Shown: one piece after another, positions 40,043 through 51,033 of the stretch
Layout: each line of letters opens with the position of its first letter
Position numbering within the stretch: the first letter of the stretch is position 1
Source of the DNA: Kordiimonadaceae bacterium UBA4441
GTDB lineage: Bacteria > Pseudomonadota > Alphaproteobacteria > Sphingomonadales > Emcibacteraceae
Assembly: GCA_002390425.1 (NCBI GenBank)
Contig: DGPL01000060.1
Span: 9,473-73,472, forward strand
Length of the DNA stretch: 64,000 bases
Reading direction: 5' to 3'
Translations under genes and position numbers: made by a program
Notes under the pieces: generated by a model
The model's database searches: none
What the model saw: the letters and a program-made list of their open reading frames with translations, nothing else
What the model was told of the DNA's origin: nothing

Positions 40043-40781
40043 ATTCACATATGGCTTGTTTTAATCTGTTTAAATCGGCTTCACTTGATAAGCGGTGATC
40101 CCCCGATTTATTAAAGCTAATAATAACGTCATTACTTATTACTTTTTCTGCAATACGTGATGAATATGAATAGGGCACATCCTCATCAAACAAGCCATGA
40201 AACAGCCTAATAGGGCAATTAAGGTCAATTGGCTTATTAAGTAAAATATGATTTTCCCCATCTTGGATTAGCTTATAAGAAACTTTATAGGGTTCATCAC
40301 TATAATCAGAAGGCTCAAGATAAATGCCATCCCGTTTCAACGTTTCCTTTATGGCTGGGGAATAATTATCCCACATCAATTCACGGGTAAAATCGGGGGC
40401 AGCCGCTATTCCAATGAAAGCTTTAAGGCGGTCTTTTCTCGCTAGTGATACCAACAATCCAATCCACCCGCCCATGCTTGAGCCCACAATAATTAACTCA
40501 CCTTTTGTAACCTCATCAATGACACTTAAGGCGTCTTGCGTCCATGTTCCTATTGTTCCATCAACAAATTCTTCGGAAGACTTTCCATGGCCAGAATAAT
40601 CAAACATCAAATAAGAAATGCCCAATTCTTTACAAGAATTCTCTAGAAAGATAGCTTTTGTTCCCTCCATATCGGACATATATCCACCGCAAAACACAAC
40701 TGTGGGCCCTTTTGCTTCACTATAATGATAAGCAATTTTTCGTCCCTTTTCTCCGATGATATAATTTGGCTCTAAACTCAT
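40035..40781 (-). CDS. Alpha/beta hydrolase (ABHD10-like serine hydrolase)
   Basis: 248 aa. Canonical GSSMGG elbow and HG-type oxyanion region (VVFCGGYMSDM). Confidence 0.8.
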   Translation of the reverse strand: MSLEPNYIIGEKGRKIAYHYSEAKGPTVVFCGGYMSDMEGTKAIFLENSCKELGISYLMFDYSGHGKSSEEFVDGTIGTWTQDALSVIDEVTKGELIIVGSSMGGWIGLLVSLARKDRLKAFIGIAAAPDFTRELMWDNYSPAIKETLKRDGIYLEPSDYSDEPYKVSYKLIQDGENHILLNKPIDLNCPIRLFHGLFDEDVPYSYSSRIAEKVISNDVIISFNKSGDHRLSSEADLNRLKQAICEFI

Positions 40782-40934
40782 ATTAATAACTCATTATCTA
40801 TATTTTTTTCGAATATATCATAATTTAGGGAAATAACTTTATTTTTTAGCCCTTTTTCACGCTTGTTCACTTGACTTGAGGGTCAAAGAATATAAATTCG
40901 CACCTTTAGAACAAAGCAAAAATAAGAGAACATT

Positions 40935-42869
40935 ATGAACGCGAATAAAAAAGTTGCCCTAACACTGCCAGATGGCAGCGTCCGTGAATTTGATGGACCG
41001 GTAACTGGTATGACGTTAGCACAAGATATTGGCCCTGGATTGGCCAAGGCTGCCCTCGTCATTGTTGTCAATGGAGAGCAATGGGATCTTTCGCGCGAAA
41101 TAACGACAAACTCAGATGTATCAATTATCACTAATCGTGACGATGAAGCGCTTGAAATAATTCGTCATGATGCCGCTCATATTTTAGCGGAAGCCGTTAA
41201 AGAATTATGGCCAGATACGCAAGTCACAATCGGGCCAGCAATTGAAAACGGTTTTTACTATGATTTCGCTCGCGAAGAACCATTTACACCAGAAGATCTG
41301 GAAACAATTGAAAAACGTATGCGCCAAATTGTCGAACGCAACGAAGAAATTATACGCACCGAAATGCCCCGCGATGAAGCCTTTGATTTTTTCCGTAGCC
41401 AAGGTGAAGAGTATAAAGCTGAGATTATTGCCAGCATTCCATCGAATGAACCCATCACTCTTTATAAGCAAGGCGAATTTATTGACCTTTGCCGTGGACC
41501 GCATTTACCGTCCACAAAATATTTGGGAAGCGATACATTCAAATTAATGAATGTAGCTGGTGCCTACTGGCGTGGTGATAGCAACAATGAAATGTTACAG
41601 CGTATCTATGGCACAGCCTGGCGAACCAAAAAAGAATTAAAAGCTTATCTTCTGCGTCTTGAAGAAGCAGAGAAACGAGACCATCGTAAATTAGGTAAAG
41701 AATTAGATCTTTTCCATTTTCAGGAGGAAGCCGCAGGCATGCCGTTCTGGCATCCAAATGGCTGGACAATTTACACTCAAATCGAAGGCTATATGCGCCG
41801 TAAGCAGCGTGAATATGGATACCGCGAAATAAATACGCCAAAATTGGTTGATAGAAAGTTATGGGAAGTGTCTGGCCATTGGGACAAGTTTCGCGAACAT
41901 ATGTATACGACCGAGTCAGACGAATGCGTTTTTGCTTTAAAACCCATGAACTGTCCTTGTCATGTTCAAGTGTTTAATCAGGGCCTTGTGAGTTACCGTG
42001 ATCTTCCTATGCGACTTGCTGAATTTGGTAGCTGCCATCGATATGAGCCTTCTGGCGCCCTGCATGGTTTAATGCGCGTGCGATCTTTCGTGCAAGATGA
42101 TGCCCATATTTTTTGCGAAAAAGATAAGATCACTGAAGAAACCGAAATTTTCTGTAAAATGTTACTTGAGGTTTATAAGGATTTTGGCTTTGAAGATGTA
42201 AAAGTAAAATTCTCTGATCGACCAGAAGTGCGTGCAGGATCGGATGAAGTATGGGACGAAGCTGAAAAACATTTAAGAGACGCGATCGAACATGCCGGAC
42301 TTAAATATACAGCAAACCCAGGAGAAGGCGCATTTTACGGACCAAAGATTGAATTTGTTCTCACAGATGCTATTGGGCGTGATTGGCAGTGTGGAACGTT
42401 GCAAGTAGATTTTATTACTCCTGAACGTTTGAATGCAAATTACGTCGGTGTCGATAATAAAAAACATCACCCTGTTATGCTGCACCGCGCCATACTTGGT
42501 TCTTTTGAACGGTTTATTGGCATACTTATCGAAAACCATGCGGGTCGTTTTCCAATGTGGCTTGCCCCTAAACAGGTCGTTGTAACAGGCATTACCGCCG
42601 ATCAAGATGACTATGTAAAAGAAGTTTATAAGAAACTATCTGATGCAGGACTTCGTGCTGATATTGATCTTCGAAATGAAAAAATTAATTATAAAGTGCG
42701 TGAACATTCACACGCAAAAGTCCCCGCAATTTTTGTTGCTGGTGGTCGTGAAGCGGAAAATAACACGATCACAGTTAGACGACTTGGATCAAAAAATCAG
42801 GAAACCCTTGATTTAATGGACGCAATTAATACACTTGTCACCGAGTCTATCGATCCGGATAAACGATAA
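40935..42869 (+). CDS. thrS: Threonine--tRNA ligase
   Basis: 644 aa. TGS domain, [11 protein letters not shown], and class II motifs ([24 protein letters not shown]). Confidence 0.97.
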   Translation: MNANKKVALTLPDGSVREFDGPVTGMTLAQDIGPGLAKAALVIVVNGEQWDLSREITTNSDVSIITNRDDEALEIIRHDAAHILAEAVKELWPDTQVTIGPAIENGFYYDFAREEPFTPEDLETIEKRMRQIVERNEEIIRTEMPRDEAFDFFRSQGEEYKAEIIASIPSNEPITLYKQGEFIDLCRGPHLPSTKYLGSDTFKLMNVAGAYWRGDSNNEMLQRIYGTAWRTKKELKAYLLRLEEAEKRDHRKLGKELDLFHFQEEAAGMPFWHPNGWTIYTQIEGYMRRKQREYGYREINTPKLVDRKLWEVSGHWDKFREHMYTTESDECVFALKPMNCPCHVQVFNQGLVSYRDLPMRLAEFGSCHRYEPSGALHGLMRVRSFVQDDAHIFCEKDKITEETEIFCKMLLEVYKDFGFEDVKVKFSDRPEVRAGSDEVWDEAEKHLRDAIEHAGLKYTANPGEGAFYGPKIEFVLTDAIGRDWQCGTLQVDFITPERLNANYVGVDNKKHHPVMLHRAILGSFERFIGILIENHAGRFPMWLAPKQVVVTGITADQDDYVKEVYKKLSDAGLRADIDLRNEKINYKVREHSHAKVPAIFVAGGREAENNTITVRRLGSKNQETLDLMDAINTLVTESIDPDKR

Positions 42870-42927
42870 TTTAACAATATACCGGTAAAAATGAGAGGAA
42901 ATTGAACTTATATTATGGAGAAAGTAA

Positions 42928-43464
42928 ATAGCTAAGAGACCAATGCAAGGCCCAGCGTCAAAAAAAGGACCGAGGGTCAACGATGATATTTTAGAAGATG
43001 AAGTAAGACTGATTGACGATAGTGGTGAAAACCATGGCGCAGTTTCAATTGATAAAGCTTTAGAAATGGCAAAAATTGCAGGCTTAGATCTCGTCGAAAT
43101 ATCACCAAATGCAACTCCCCCAGTTTGTAAAATTCTTGATTACGGCAAGTATAAGTATGAGGCACAGAAGAAGGCGTCTCTTGCAAAGAAGAACCAGAAA
43201 ACTGTAGAGGTAAAAGAGATCAAACTTCGTCCTGGCATTGAAAAGCATGACTATGATGTAAAAATGCGCTCCATTGATAAATTCTTAAACGCTGGCGATA
43301 AAGTTAAAGTTACACTTCGCTATCGCGGTCGTGAAATGGCCCACCAAGAAATTGGTATGGACGTTTTAAACCGTGTTCGCGATCAATTTGCGGAAGTAAC
43401 AAAGATTGAACAAATGCCGAAAATGGAAGGCCGGCAAATGATCATGATTTTAGCCCCTAAATAG
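42928..43464 (+). CDS. infC: Translation initiation factor IF-3, probable ATA start
   Basis: [21 protein letters not shown]...[17 protein letters not shown] is canonical IF-3. ATA at 42928 directly follows an in-frame TAA and lies 7 nt after GGAG (42917-42920). The first ATG is at 42943. Confidence 0.88.
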   Translation: MAKRPMQGPASKKGPRVNDDILEDEVRLIDDSGENHGAVSIDKALEMAKIAGLDLVEISPNATPPVCKILDYGKYKYEAQKKASLAKKNQKTVEVKEIKLRPGIEKHDYDVKMRSIDKFLNAGDKVKVTLRYRGREMAHQEIGMDVLNRVRDQFAEVTKIEQMPKMEGRQMIMILAPK

Positions 43465-43486
43465 AAGCCCGCTAAATATTTTTAAT

Positions 43487-43516
43487 AAGGCAAGTTCTTC
43501 GAGCTTGCCTTTTTTA
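43487..43516 (+). terminator. Intrinsic terminator after infC
   Basis: AAGGCAAG-9 nt loop-CTTGCCTTTTTT. Confidence 0.7.
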
Positions 43517-44223
43517 TGCCCAACAAACTTTTTATATTAAATAATAAATTACTGCCTATAATAAAATTAACCGTATGTCGATCCAAAAATCTGGGGAACA
43601 TTATTAATAAAAAAATTATATTTACTATTATCGCTCTTTTTTCAATTTTGCCTTTTACGGCAAACGCGCAATATTCACCTAATGGAATATATGCCGTTCT
43701 TGAAGCCGGAACAGTTCAAAATAAAGTTGCATTAAGTGGTGACCTTGCCGGCCTTGCTAAAACAGAGAATTCAAGTGGTTCATTTGGTGCCGCTATTGGT
43801 TACCGCGCCTTAGTGAGCAATAATTTAATTTTCGGGGGTGAATTAAATATTGCATCAACAAATGCAAGTAACACTGTAAATGACGGAGTATCCGTTCGAG
43901 CTTATGAAGGTGACCTTATTAGTGGCCTATATTTAACAGGCGGCGTTTTACTTAGCAGAGAGACTAACGCAATGATTTATGCATTAATAGGCGTTAGCAG
44001 CACGAAAGGCGACAGCACATTAGAGAATTTAGGCACTGGCAATATTCAATCAATTGAAGAAAGCGGTGAAGGATTTTCTTTCGGCGCGGCCGTTGAATTT
44101 GGATTAACTGATAATTTCGGCGTAAGGGCTAAAATGATACACACCAAATACAATGAAGGCGATTCTGCAGATTTAAGAATTAGCGATACATCCATAATGG
44201 GGGGCCTCGTCATTAAATTCTAA
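43516..44223 (+). CDS. Outer-membrane beta-barrel protein (OmpA-like/Opa-type 8-strand barrel family)
   Basis: Signal peptide …IIALFSILPFTANA|Q, alternating amphipathic strands and a C-terminal aromatic residue (LVIKF). The start is uncertain because the listed ATG abuts the infC terminator. Confidence 0.6.
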   Translation: MPNKLFILNNKLLPIIKLTVCRSKNLGNIINKKIIFTIIALFSILPFTANAQYSPNGIYAVLEAGTVQNKVALSGDLAGLAKTENSSGSFGAAIGYRALVSNNLIFGGELNIASTNASNTVNDGVSVRAYEGDLISGLYLTGGVLLSRETNAMIYALIGVSSTKGDSTLENLGTGNIQSIEESGEGFSFGAAVEFGLTDNFGVRAKMIHTKYNEGDSADLRISDTSIMGGLVIKF

Positions 44224-44227
44224 AAAT

Positions 44228-44569
44228 TTATACCAGACGCGCTCCGTTAGGAACTGGGCGCTCTGGTTGTGCAATTACAACCGCACCATCCTCGTCATAA
44301 AATCCTGTTAGCAAAAATTCTGATTTAATCGGTCCAATTTGCATAGGTGGAAAATTTACCACGGCAACAATTTGTCGGCCGATTAAATCCTCAGGCTTAT
44401 AATGAACTGTAATTTGCGCGCTTGATTTTTTAACGCCCAAATCTCCACCAAAATCAACCCAAACTTTATAAGCAGGTTTTCTCGCTTCAGGAAATTCTTC
44501 TGCACGGACAACCGTTCCTATTTTAATTTCTACCTTTTGGAAATCATCCCAACTAATCGTTTCGCTCAT
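44228..44569 (-). CDS. tRNA-binding protein (CsaA/YgjH, EMAP-like OB fold)
   Basis: 113 aa. [26 protein letters not shown] pattern. Confidence 0.85.
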   Translation of the reverse strand: MSETISWDDFQKVEIKIGTVVRAEEFPEARKPAYKVWVDFGGDLGVKKSSAQITVHYKPEDLIGRQIVAVVNFPPMQIGPIKSEFLLTGFYDEDGAVVIAQPERPVPNGARLV

Positions 44570-45465
44570 TATTGCACCCTTTTAATCATATAGCCTTTAT
44601 CTGATAACAGCTTAATCACACCATCTTCACCAACAAAATGAGACGCACCCGCTACCACTAAAGTATTTTGTTTTTTAGTTAGTAGTTCTTCAACAACAGG
44701 AATCCAATTATTATTTCTTTGCACCAAAAGCTTTTGATAAACATCTTCCTGTTGAAACATTGGCTTAATCAATGTTTCAATCATTAATTCCTCATCCCCT
44801 GATGACCAACTATCGATCATATCCAAGGTGACTTTCTCAATATCTTTTAATTGGTCAATTGTATCCCTTAACATTTCTGCCTGTGTCTCTAGCGGATGAT
44901 CATAAAGCGTTGCCATTTGTTCTTCTAATTTCTCAAGAGCAGAAATTTTAATGTCGCGCGACGCTATATTTTTTTCAATATATTTATCGACACCTGAATC
45001 AGGGTTCCAACCTTCGCGGATGATCGCACTGACAGACAAAGCTACAGATGCAAACCACGGTTTAAAATTAATTATTGATGCCGGCGGTATGCCTGATGCT
45101 AGCGCTTGCTCATTAATAAAATCCATTTCATCTTTTGACAAATAATTACTTAAACTATCACCCGGCGCTAGCATGCCATTTTGCAATGTTAATTGTTGGG
45201 CATGCCTTTGTTTTTCTGGTGTCATATGAACTTCAAATACAACCTCATCAGCCTCTTCAACGATCTCTTTTAAAGTGCCACCATACCACTTCACATCATC
45301 TGGTAATAAATGAACAGAGCCTAAAAAATATACTTTTGACTGATCTTGTTCGATCGACCATATAGCAGGCTTCGCATTTAAATCTTCTTCTGCTGCTGTC
45401 GCAACAAAGCTCATAGGAATAATAATGAGTAGAATTATAAAAGGTATTTTTAATATGGATTTCAT
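44569..45465 (-). CDS. TraB/GumN-family protein (exported)
   Basis: 298 aa with a signal peptide. [10 protein letters not shown] and [15 protein letters not shown] motifs. Confidence 0.8.
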   Translation of the reverse strand: MKSILKIPFIILLIIIPMSFVATAAEEDLNAKPAIWSIEQDQSKVYFLGSVHLLPDDVKWYGGTLKEIVEEADEVVFEVHMTPEKQRHAQQLTLQNGMLAPGDSLSNYLSKDEMDFINEQALASGIPPASIINFKPWFASVALSVSAIIREGWNPDSGVDKYIEKNIASRDIKISALEKLEEQMATLYDHPLETQAEMLRDTIDQLKDIEKVTLDMIDSWSSGDEELMIETLIKPMFQQEDVYQKLLVQRNNNWIPVVEELLTKKQNTLVVAGASHFVGEDGVIKLLSDKGYMIKRVQ

Positions 45466-45586
45466 TTGATGATTCTTTCAGCAACAATACAATTATTTTT
45501 CCATTGTTAAGATGCTATATGAATATGTCAACTTTTTGATGGCAAACACATTGAAATCTAAAGGATTTTTTTCTTAACAAATACAC

Positions 45587-45615
45587 TTGCAATCCTATAA
45601 AAACCAAGCTATACA
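45587..45615 (+). promoter_or_regulatory. Candidate promoter for rpmI-rplT (TTGCAA-17 nt-TATACA)
   Basis: Sequence match only. It would leave a leader of about 90 nt, more G/C-rich than its flanks, before the rpmI ATG. Confidence 0.3.
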
Positions 45616-45711
45616 CCGACCCTCAACGAGTGGTACGGCCTGTTAGGGCATGCCTATCTGCTCTTAAAGCTGGTCAGGGAAACCCGACGCATTAATTTAA
45701 AGGAAAGCTAA

Positions 45712-45909
45712 ATGCCCAAATTGAAGACGAAAAGTAGCGTCAAAAAACGCTTCAAACTTACCGCCTCAGGCAAAGTTAAGTCATCACAAGCTGGTAAACA
45801 GCACGGTATGATTAAACGCACAAACAAACAAATTCGCAATCAACGTGGTACGACGATCCTTAGTGATCAAGACGCACGTATTGTGAAAAAATTTATGCCT
45901 TACGGTTAA
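45712..45909 (+). CDS. rpmI: 50S ribosomal protein L35
   Basis: [23 protein letters not shown] is canonical. Confidence 0.95.
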   Translation: MPKLKTKSSVKKRFKLTASGKVKSSQAGKQHGMIKRTNKQIRNQRGTTILSDQDARIVKKFMPYG

Positions 45910-45921
45910 GGGAGCAATAAA

Positions 45922-46278
45922 ATGGCACACGTAAAACGGGGCGTAACTTCAAAAGCCCGTCACAAAAAAGTTCTTAATGCCGCTAAAGGTTACCGCGGTC
46001 GTCGTAAATCCACTATTCGCGTTGCGATGCAGGCTGTTGAAAAAGCAGGCCAATATGCATATCGTGACCGTAAAGTCCGTAAGCGCCAATTTCGCGCCCT
46101 TTGGATCCAGCGTATTAACGCTGCGGCACGGCTTGAAGGTTTAACATACTCACGATTTATGAACGGCCTAAAACTCGCAGGCATCGAACTTGACCGTAAA
46201 GTTTTGGCTGATTTAGCCGTTCGTGAACCAGAAGCATTTAAAGCAATCGCTGAACAAGCTAAAGCTGCAGCCGCTTAA
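45922..46278 (+). CDS. rplT: 50S ribosomal protein L20
   Basis: [29 protein letters not shown] is canonical. Confidence 0.97.
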   Translation: MAHVKRGVTSKARHKKVLNAAKGYRGRRKSTIRVAMQAVEKAGQYAYRDRKVRKRQFRALWIQRINAAARLEGLTYSRFMNGLKLAGIELDRKVLADLAVREPEAFKAIAEQAKAAAA

Positions 46279-46311
46279 TTACTTCAAAACGTTCAAAAAA
46301 TTATCAAGTTT

Positions 46312-46349
46312 GAGGAGCCTGCCGCTTGGCAGTGGGCTCCTTTTTCTTT
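46312..46349 (+). terminator. Intrinsic terminator / attenuator between rplT and pheS
   Basis: GGAGCCTGCC-GCTT-GGCAGTGGGCTCC followed by TTTTTCTTT. Confidence 0.65.
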
Positions 46350-46394
46350 ATGTTCAATTTAATTTATATATTTAAAAATTTTGGGTAGGAAATA

Positions 46395-47486
46395 ATGCAA
46401 GACCTCCAAACACTGGAAACAGAAATTACCGCAAACATTGGAGCCGCCAACGATCTAGATTCTGTCGAAGCGATCAGAATTGCTGAACTAGGTAAAAAAG
46501 GCCGTGTTAGTTTGCTAATGCGCGAACTGGGCAAAATGACCCCAGATGAGAAAAAAGAATTTGGCCCAAAATTAAACCAGCTGAAAAACTATTTGAATGA
46601 TGCAATTATCAACAGAAAAGAAGATTTAGAAGCTGCCGAACTTAATCAAAAGTTAGCGGAAGAACGTGTTGATATCACTCTTTCAAAAGCAGCGCCAGAA
46701 TTAGGAAGCATCCATCCCATAAGTCAGGTGATCGATGAAGCCACAGAAATATTCACTGAAATGGGTTTTTCAGTTGCAGAAGGTCCAGAAATTGAGGAAG
46801 ATTTTTATAATTTCTCTGCGTTAAATATACCAGAATCCCACCCCGCAAGACAAATGCATGATACTTTCTACTTTCCGGAAGATGAAGACGGCAACCGTAA
46901 AGTATTACGAACACATACATCGCCCGTACAAATTCGCACAATGATGGGGGGCGAGCCGCCTTACCGCATTATTGCCCCGGGTCGCACCTATAGAAATGAC
47001 AGTGATGCAACGCATACGCCGATGTTCCATCAAGTTGAAGCCCTGGTTATTGATAAGAACATTCATATGGGACATCTTAAATGGTGCATCGAAGAATTTT
47101 GCCGTAAATTTTTTGAAGTTGATAATGTCAAAATCCGGTTTCGTCCAAGTTATTTCCCTTTCACAGAACCTTCAGCCGAAGTTGATATTGGCTGCACCTT
47201 TAAAAATGGTGAAGTTTTAATCGGCGAAGGCGACGATTGGTTAGAGATTATGGGATGCGGCATGGTCAATGAACGTGTTCTAGAAAATGTGAACCTTGAC
47301 CCTTCTGAATACCAAGGTTTCGCATTCGGAATGGGCCTTGACCGAATTTCAATGCTAAAATGGGGGATTCCAGATTTACGCGATTTCTTTGCTGCTGATC
47401 TTCGTTGGCTAAAGCATTATGGCTTCCAATCACTGGATATCCCGTCTTTAAGCACAAGAACTTCCACAATTAAGGGGAGTAAATAA
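46395..47486 (+). CDS. pheS: Phenylalanine--tRNA ligase alpha subunit
   Basis: 363 aa. [27 protein letters not shown] and [11 protein letters not shown] motifs. Confidence 0.97.
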   Translation: MQDLQTLETEITANIGAANDLDSVEAIRIAELGKKGRVSLLMRELGKMTPDEKKEFGPKLNQLKNYLNDAIINRKEDLEAAELNQKLAEERVDITLSKAAPELGSIHPISQVIDEATEIFTEMGFSVAEGPEIEEDFYNFSALNIPESHPARQMHDTFYFPEDEDGNRKVLRTHTSPVQIRTMMGGEPPYRIIAPGRTYRNDSDATHTPMFHQVEALVIDKNIHMGHLKWCIEEFCRKFFEVDNVKIRFRPSYFPFTEPSAEVDIGCTFKNGEVLIGEGDDWLEIMGCGMVNERVLENVNLDPSEYQGFAFGMGLDRISMLKWGIPDLRDFFAADLRWLKHYGFQSLDIPSLSTRTSTIKGSK

Positions 47487-47487
47487 T

Positions 47488-49878
47488 ATGAAATTTACAT
47501 TATCCTGGCTTAAAACTTATCTTGATACTGATGCTGATCTTCAAACGATTTCAGAAACATTAACTGCTATTGGATTAGAAGTAGAAGAAGTAATCGATCC
47601 TACAGAAGCATTAAAACCATTTGTGATTGCTAAAATTGAAGAAGCAGTGCAGCATCCCAATGCGGATAAACTACGTGTTTGTACGGTCAATAATGGATCT
47701 GAGATTATTCAGGTGGTTTGCGGTGCTCATAATGCAAAAACTGGCCTTATTGTTGCATTTGCCCCTGATGGATGCGTCATTCCAACAAATGGTATGAAGC
47801 TTAAACCAACAAATATTCGTGGCGTTGATAGTAACGGCATGATGTGTTCTGAACGTGAACTTGGTCTTGGGGACGATCATGACGGCATTATTGAATTGCC
47901 GTCTGATGCCCCAGTGGGTAAAAGCTTCGCGGAATATGCAGAACTTAATGATCCTACAATTGAAATTGCCATCACCCCAAATCATCAAGACGCACTAGGA
48001 ATTTATGGTATCGCACGTGATCTTGCGGCGGCTGGTCTTGGAAAATTAAAAAAACCTGATACCTCACCCGTAAAAGGTACCTTTGAAAGTCCCATAAAAG
48101 TGAATATCGACAGTAAAGACGCCTGCCCGGTTTTTGCTGGTCGTTATATTCGTGGCGTCAAAAATGGACCAAGTCCTGATTGGATGCAAAAACGATTAAT
48201 TTCACTTGGAATGAAGCCAATTTCAGCGCTCGTGGATATTACGAATTTCCTCACACACGACTATGGTCGTCCGCTTCACGTCTTTGATGCTGATAACATT
48301 AAAGGCGACCTTACTGTTCGCCTTTCAAAATCAGGGGAAACACTCGTTGCTCTTGATGAAAAAGAACACACTTTTGATAATGAAGCCTGTGTCATTTCAG
48401 ATGATCACGGCATCAGTTCAATCGGCGGCATTATGGGCGGCGAAAACAGCGGCACATATGAAGATACCACAAATGTATTTTTAGAATGTGCGTGGTTTGA
48501 TCCTATTCGTACGGCTAAGACAGGACGGAAGCTTAATATTGAAAGTGATGCAAGATATCGCTTTGAACGGGGTGTTGATCCCGCGACCGTTACCGACGGC
48601 ATCGAACTGGCCACACGCTTAATCATGGACATGTGCGGCGGAGAGCCAAGTGATGTTTATCTCGCCGGCGAAGTCCCCGTCATAAGCAAAACACTCACTA
48701 TGCGCCCTGAGCGCGTTAATGAACTGGGCGGCGTAGATATAGAGAAGACAGAAATTATTTCAATTCTTGAGCGTTTAGGGTTTGATGTTGTTGATAGTGG
48801 TGCGACACTATCAGTTACAACACCGTCTTGGCGCTGTGATATTGACCGAGAACCAGACTTGGTTGAAGAAGTGCTCCGTATACATGGTTACGACAAAATA
48901 CGTGTTGAGCCTCTGCCAGTATTCAGCCGAGATATTGTGACAGGTTTAAACCCAATGCAACGTCGCATTAGAATGGCAAAACGAACTGCAGCTGGCTTAG
49001 GCTTGCGCGAAGCGGTAACGTGGTCATTTCTTTCAAGCGATCAAGCAAGAATATTCGGCGAATTACCAGCGAGCCTAATTCTTGATAATCCTGTAAGTGC
49101 AGAAATGAATGCGATGCGTCCCAACCTTCTTCCAAATCTTATTACTGCAGCTGGCAGAAACATTGACCGGGGCTTTAAAAATGTTGCAATTTTTGAAGCA
49201 GGAAATCAATTTCATTCTGATAAGCCTGATGGGCAACAATTTGTTCTCGCCGGAATTAGGCGCGGTGATAACCATGACCGTCATTGGAAAAACAATCCAG
49301 AAGCAATAGATGTTTATGATGCCAAAGCAGATGCAATTGCAGTCTTAAACGCCATCGGCGTTAATGCGGATAATGCACAAATAGTCGCTGAAGCACCCGA
49401 CTGGTATCATCCTGGACGCAGCGGCGTTATTCGATTAGGTCCAAAAAATATTATGGCTTATTTCGGGGAAATACACCCATCCGTTCTCAAAAAACTTGAT
49501 GTTAAAGGCCCTCTCGTTGGTTTTGAAATTATGCTGGGGAATATCCCATTACCAAGATCTAAATCTGGAAATAGCCGTGGACCACTAAGATCATCTGATT
49601 TCCAAGCTGTTGAACGAGATCTTGCCTTTGTGGTTGATAAGGATTTACCCGCTGAACAGATTTTCAAAATTGTCGGAAGCGCTGATAAGAAGCTCATAGA
49701 TCAAATAAATGTATTTGATGTTTATTGGGGTAAAGGTATTGACGATGATAAAAAATCAATCGCAGTTAACTTCCGTATGCAACCTATGGATAAAACCATG
49801 ACCGATGAAGAGATTGAAGCTTTAAGACAAAAAGTCATTGATTTGGTTGCGAAAAAAGCTGGCGGAACCCTAAGATAG
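47488..49878 (+). CDS. pheT: Phenylalanine--tRNA ligase beta subunit
   Basis: 796 aa. MKFTLSWLKTYL N-terminus, with tRNA-binding, B3/4, B5 and FDX-ACB regions. Confidence 0.97.
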   Translation: MKFTLSWLKTYLDTDADLQTISETLTAIGLEVEEVIDPTEALKPFVIAKIEEAVQHPNADKLRVCTVNNGSEIIQVVCGAHNAKTGLIVAFAPDGCVIPTNGMKLKPTNIRGVDSNGMMCSERELGLGDDHDGIIELPSDAPVGKSFAEYAELNDPTIEIAITPNHQDALGIYGIARDLAAAGLGKLKKPDTSPVKGTFESPIKVNIDSKDACPVFAGRYIRGVKNGPSPDWMQKRLISLGMKPISALVDITNFLTHDYGRPLHVFDADNIKGDLTVRLSKSGETLVALDEKEHTFDNEACVISDDHGISSIGGIMGGENSGTYEDTTNVFLECAWFDPIRTAKTGRKLNIESDARYRFERGVDPATVTDGIELATRLIMDMCGGEPSDVYLAGEVPVISKTLTMRPERVNELGGVDIEKTEIISILERLGFDVVDSGATLSVTTPSWRCDIDREPDLVEEVLRIHGYDKIRVEPLPVFSRDIVTGLNPMQRRIRMAKRTAAGLGLREAVTWSFLSSDQARIFGELPASLILDNPVSAEMNAMRPNLLPNLITAAGRNIDRGFKNVAIFEAGNQFHSDKPDGQQFVLAGIRRGDNHDRHWKNNPEAIDVYDAKADAIAVLNAIGVNADNAQIVAEAPDWYHPGRSGVIRLGPKNIMAYFGEIHPSVLKKLDVKGPLVGFEIMLGNIPLPRSKSGNSRGPLRSSDFQAVERDLAFVVDKDLPAEQIFKIVGSADKKLIDQINVFDVYWGKGIDDDKKSIAVNFRMQPMDKTMTDEEIEALRQKVIDLVAKKAGGTLR

Positions 49879-49973
49879 CGCAGAAAACAGCCCTTTACAG
49901 TAAAATTAACCATATTTAAAGATCATGCGATTATATTTACTATCGAATGAAACTGAGTGGATAGTGTGTAAAG

Positions 49974-50951
49974 ATGGCAGTACAAGAAGAACAAGTAAAA
50001 GTTCCCATCAAATGGCGAATGAAAGCCTGGTGGGAAGGTTATGACCTTGATAATGTTAAGGCAGCACTTGCTCGTGGGGGCGATGTCGAAGAAGAATTAA
50101 AAAATAATTCCGAGCCTGTCACACGAGAACTTAAGCCTGAAGCTGATAATGATGAAGCAATGGTTTGGGATGATAAACGTCTCGAAACAGCCCAACTTAT
50201 CTGGGGTGAGGGTTATTGCGGACCCGGCGGTTCTGAATATGTCACCAGTATGTCAAAATTACTTGGTATGACATCTAAAATGAGTGTTGCCGTCATTGGA
50301 GCAAGCCTTGGTGGTCCTTCACGCGTTCTAGCTAGCGAATTTGGCGCATGGATTACGGGGTAAGAAGAATCTGAAGAGCTTGCGAAAAAAGGAATGGAGC
50401 TTTCAACAAAAGCTGGGCTTGAGAGTAAAGCACCAATTCAACATTATGATCCAAGTAGTGAAGAACCATTTGAGCGGACATTTGATCGTGCTTATTCAAA
50501 AGAGGCTTTATATACGGTTGAAGATAAACCGAAGCTTTTAAAAAATTTATTTGATAATTTAAAAGACAGCGGTCTATTCCTGATTAATGATTATACACTT
50601 GGTAATATGGATGCCCTAGGTAATAAAGACGTTCAAAAATGGCTTAGGCAGGAACCAACCCAACCTTACCCAGTTCCCAGTGACGTGATGGAAAATTTAC
50701 TAACGGATTGCGGGTATATACTTCGGGTTAATGAAGATATCACAGATCAGTATGTAGACATGATTGCTCGGAGTTGGGCCGGTGTTGGTGAAGTGATAGA
50801 GAGCTTAACCAATCACATAGAAGATCAATCGGATACTATTCAGCGACTAGTAAAAGAAGCTGAATTTTGGATGCTTCGCTCAAAGATCATGAAAGAGGGC
50901 CATCTTAAAGCATGGCGTTTTCTCGCTTATAAACCATCTGAAATTAAATAA
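49974..50951 (+). pseudogene. Class I SAM-dependent methyltransferase interrupted by a single in-frame TAA (50361-50363)
   Basis: ORFs 49974-50363 and 50394-50951 are in the same frame. The translation reads VAVIGASLGGPSRVLASEFGAWITG*EESEELAKKGMELS...FDRAYSKEAL...LKDSGLFLINDY, so the stop sits just after the SAM-binding motif I. Confidence 0.65.
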
Positions 50952-51033
50952 GCGGTCCGAAATAGACGTTAACTGTAAAATAATCGAACGCTGGGCTTGT
51001 ATGTTATAGTAAACTAATGATAAAAGCCCCTTC

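Noticed and set aside
46350-46388. Mini-ORF MFNLIYIFKNFG* with three Phe codons just upstream of pheS, reminiscent of the E. coli pheM attenuation leader.
   Set aside because: It lies downstream of the rplT terminator hairpin rather than upstream of it. It has no SD because a T-run precedes the ATG. The region is AT-rich, so TTT/TTC codons are expected by chance.
50361-50363. Whether the in-frame stop in the methyltransferase could be a recoded codon (selenocysteine/pyrrolysine).
   Set aside because: The codon is TAA, not TGA or TAG. I saw no SECIS-like hairpin immediately downstream. A nonsense mutation or a sequencing error is the simpler reading.
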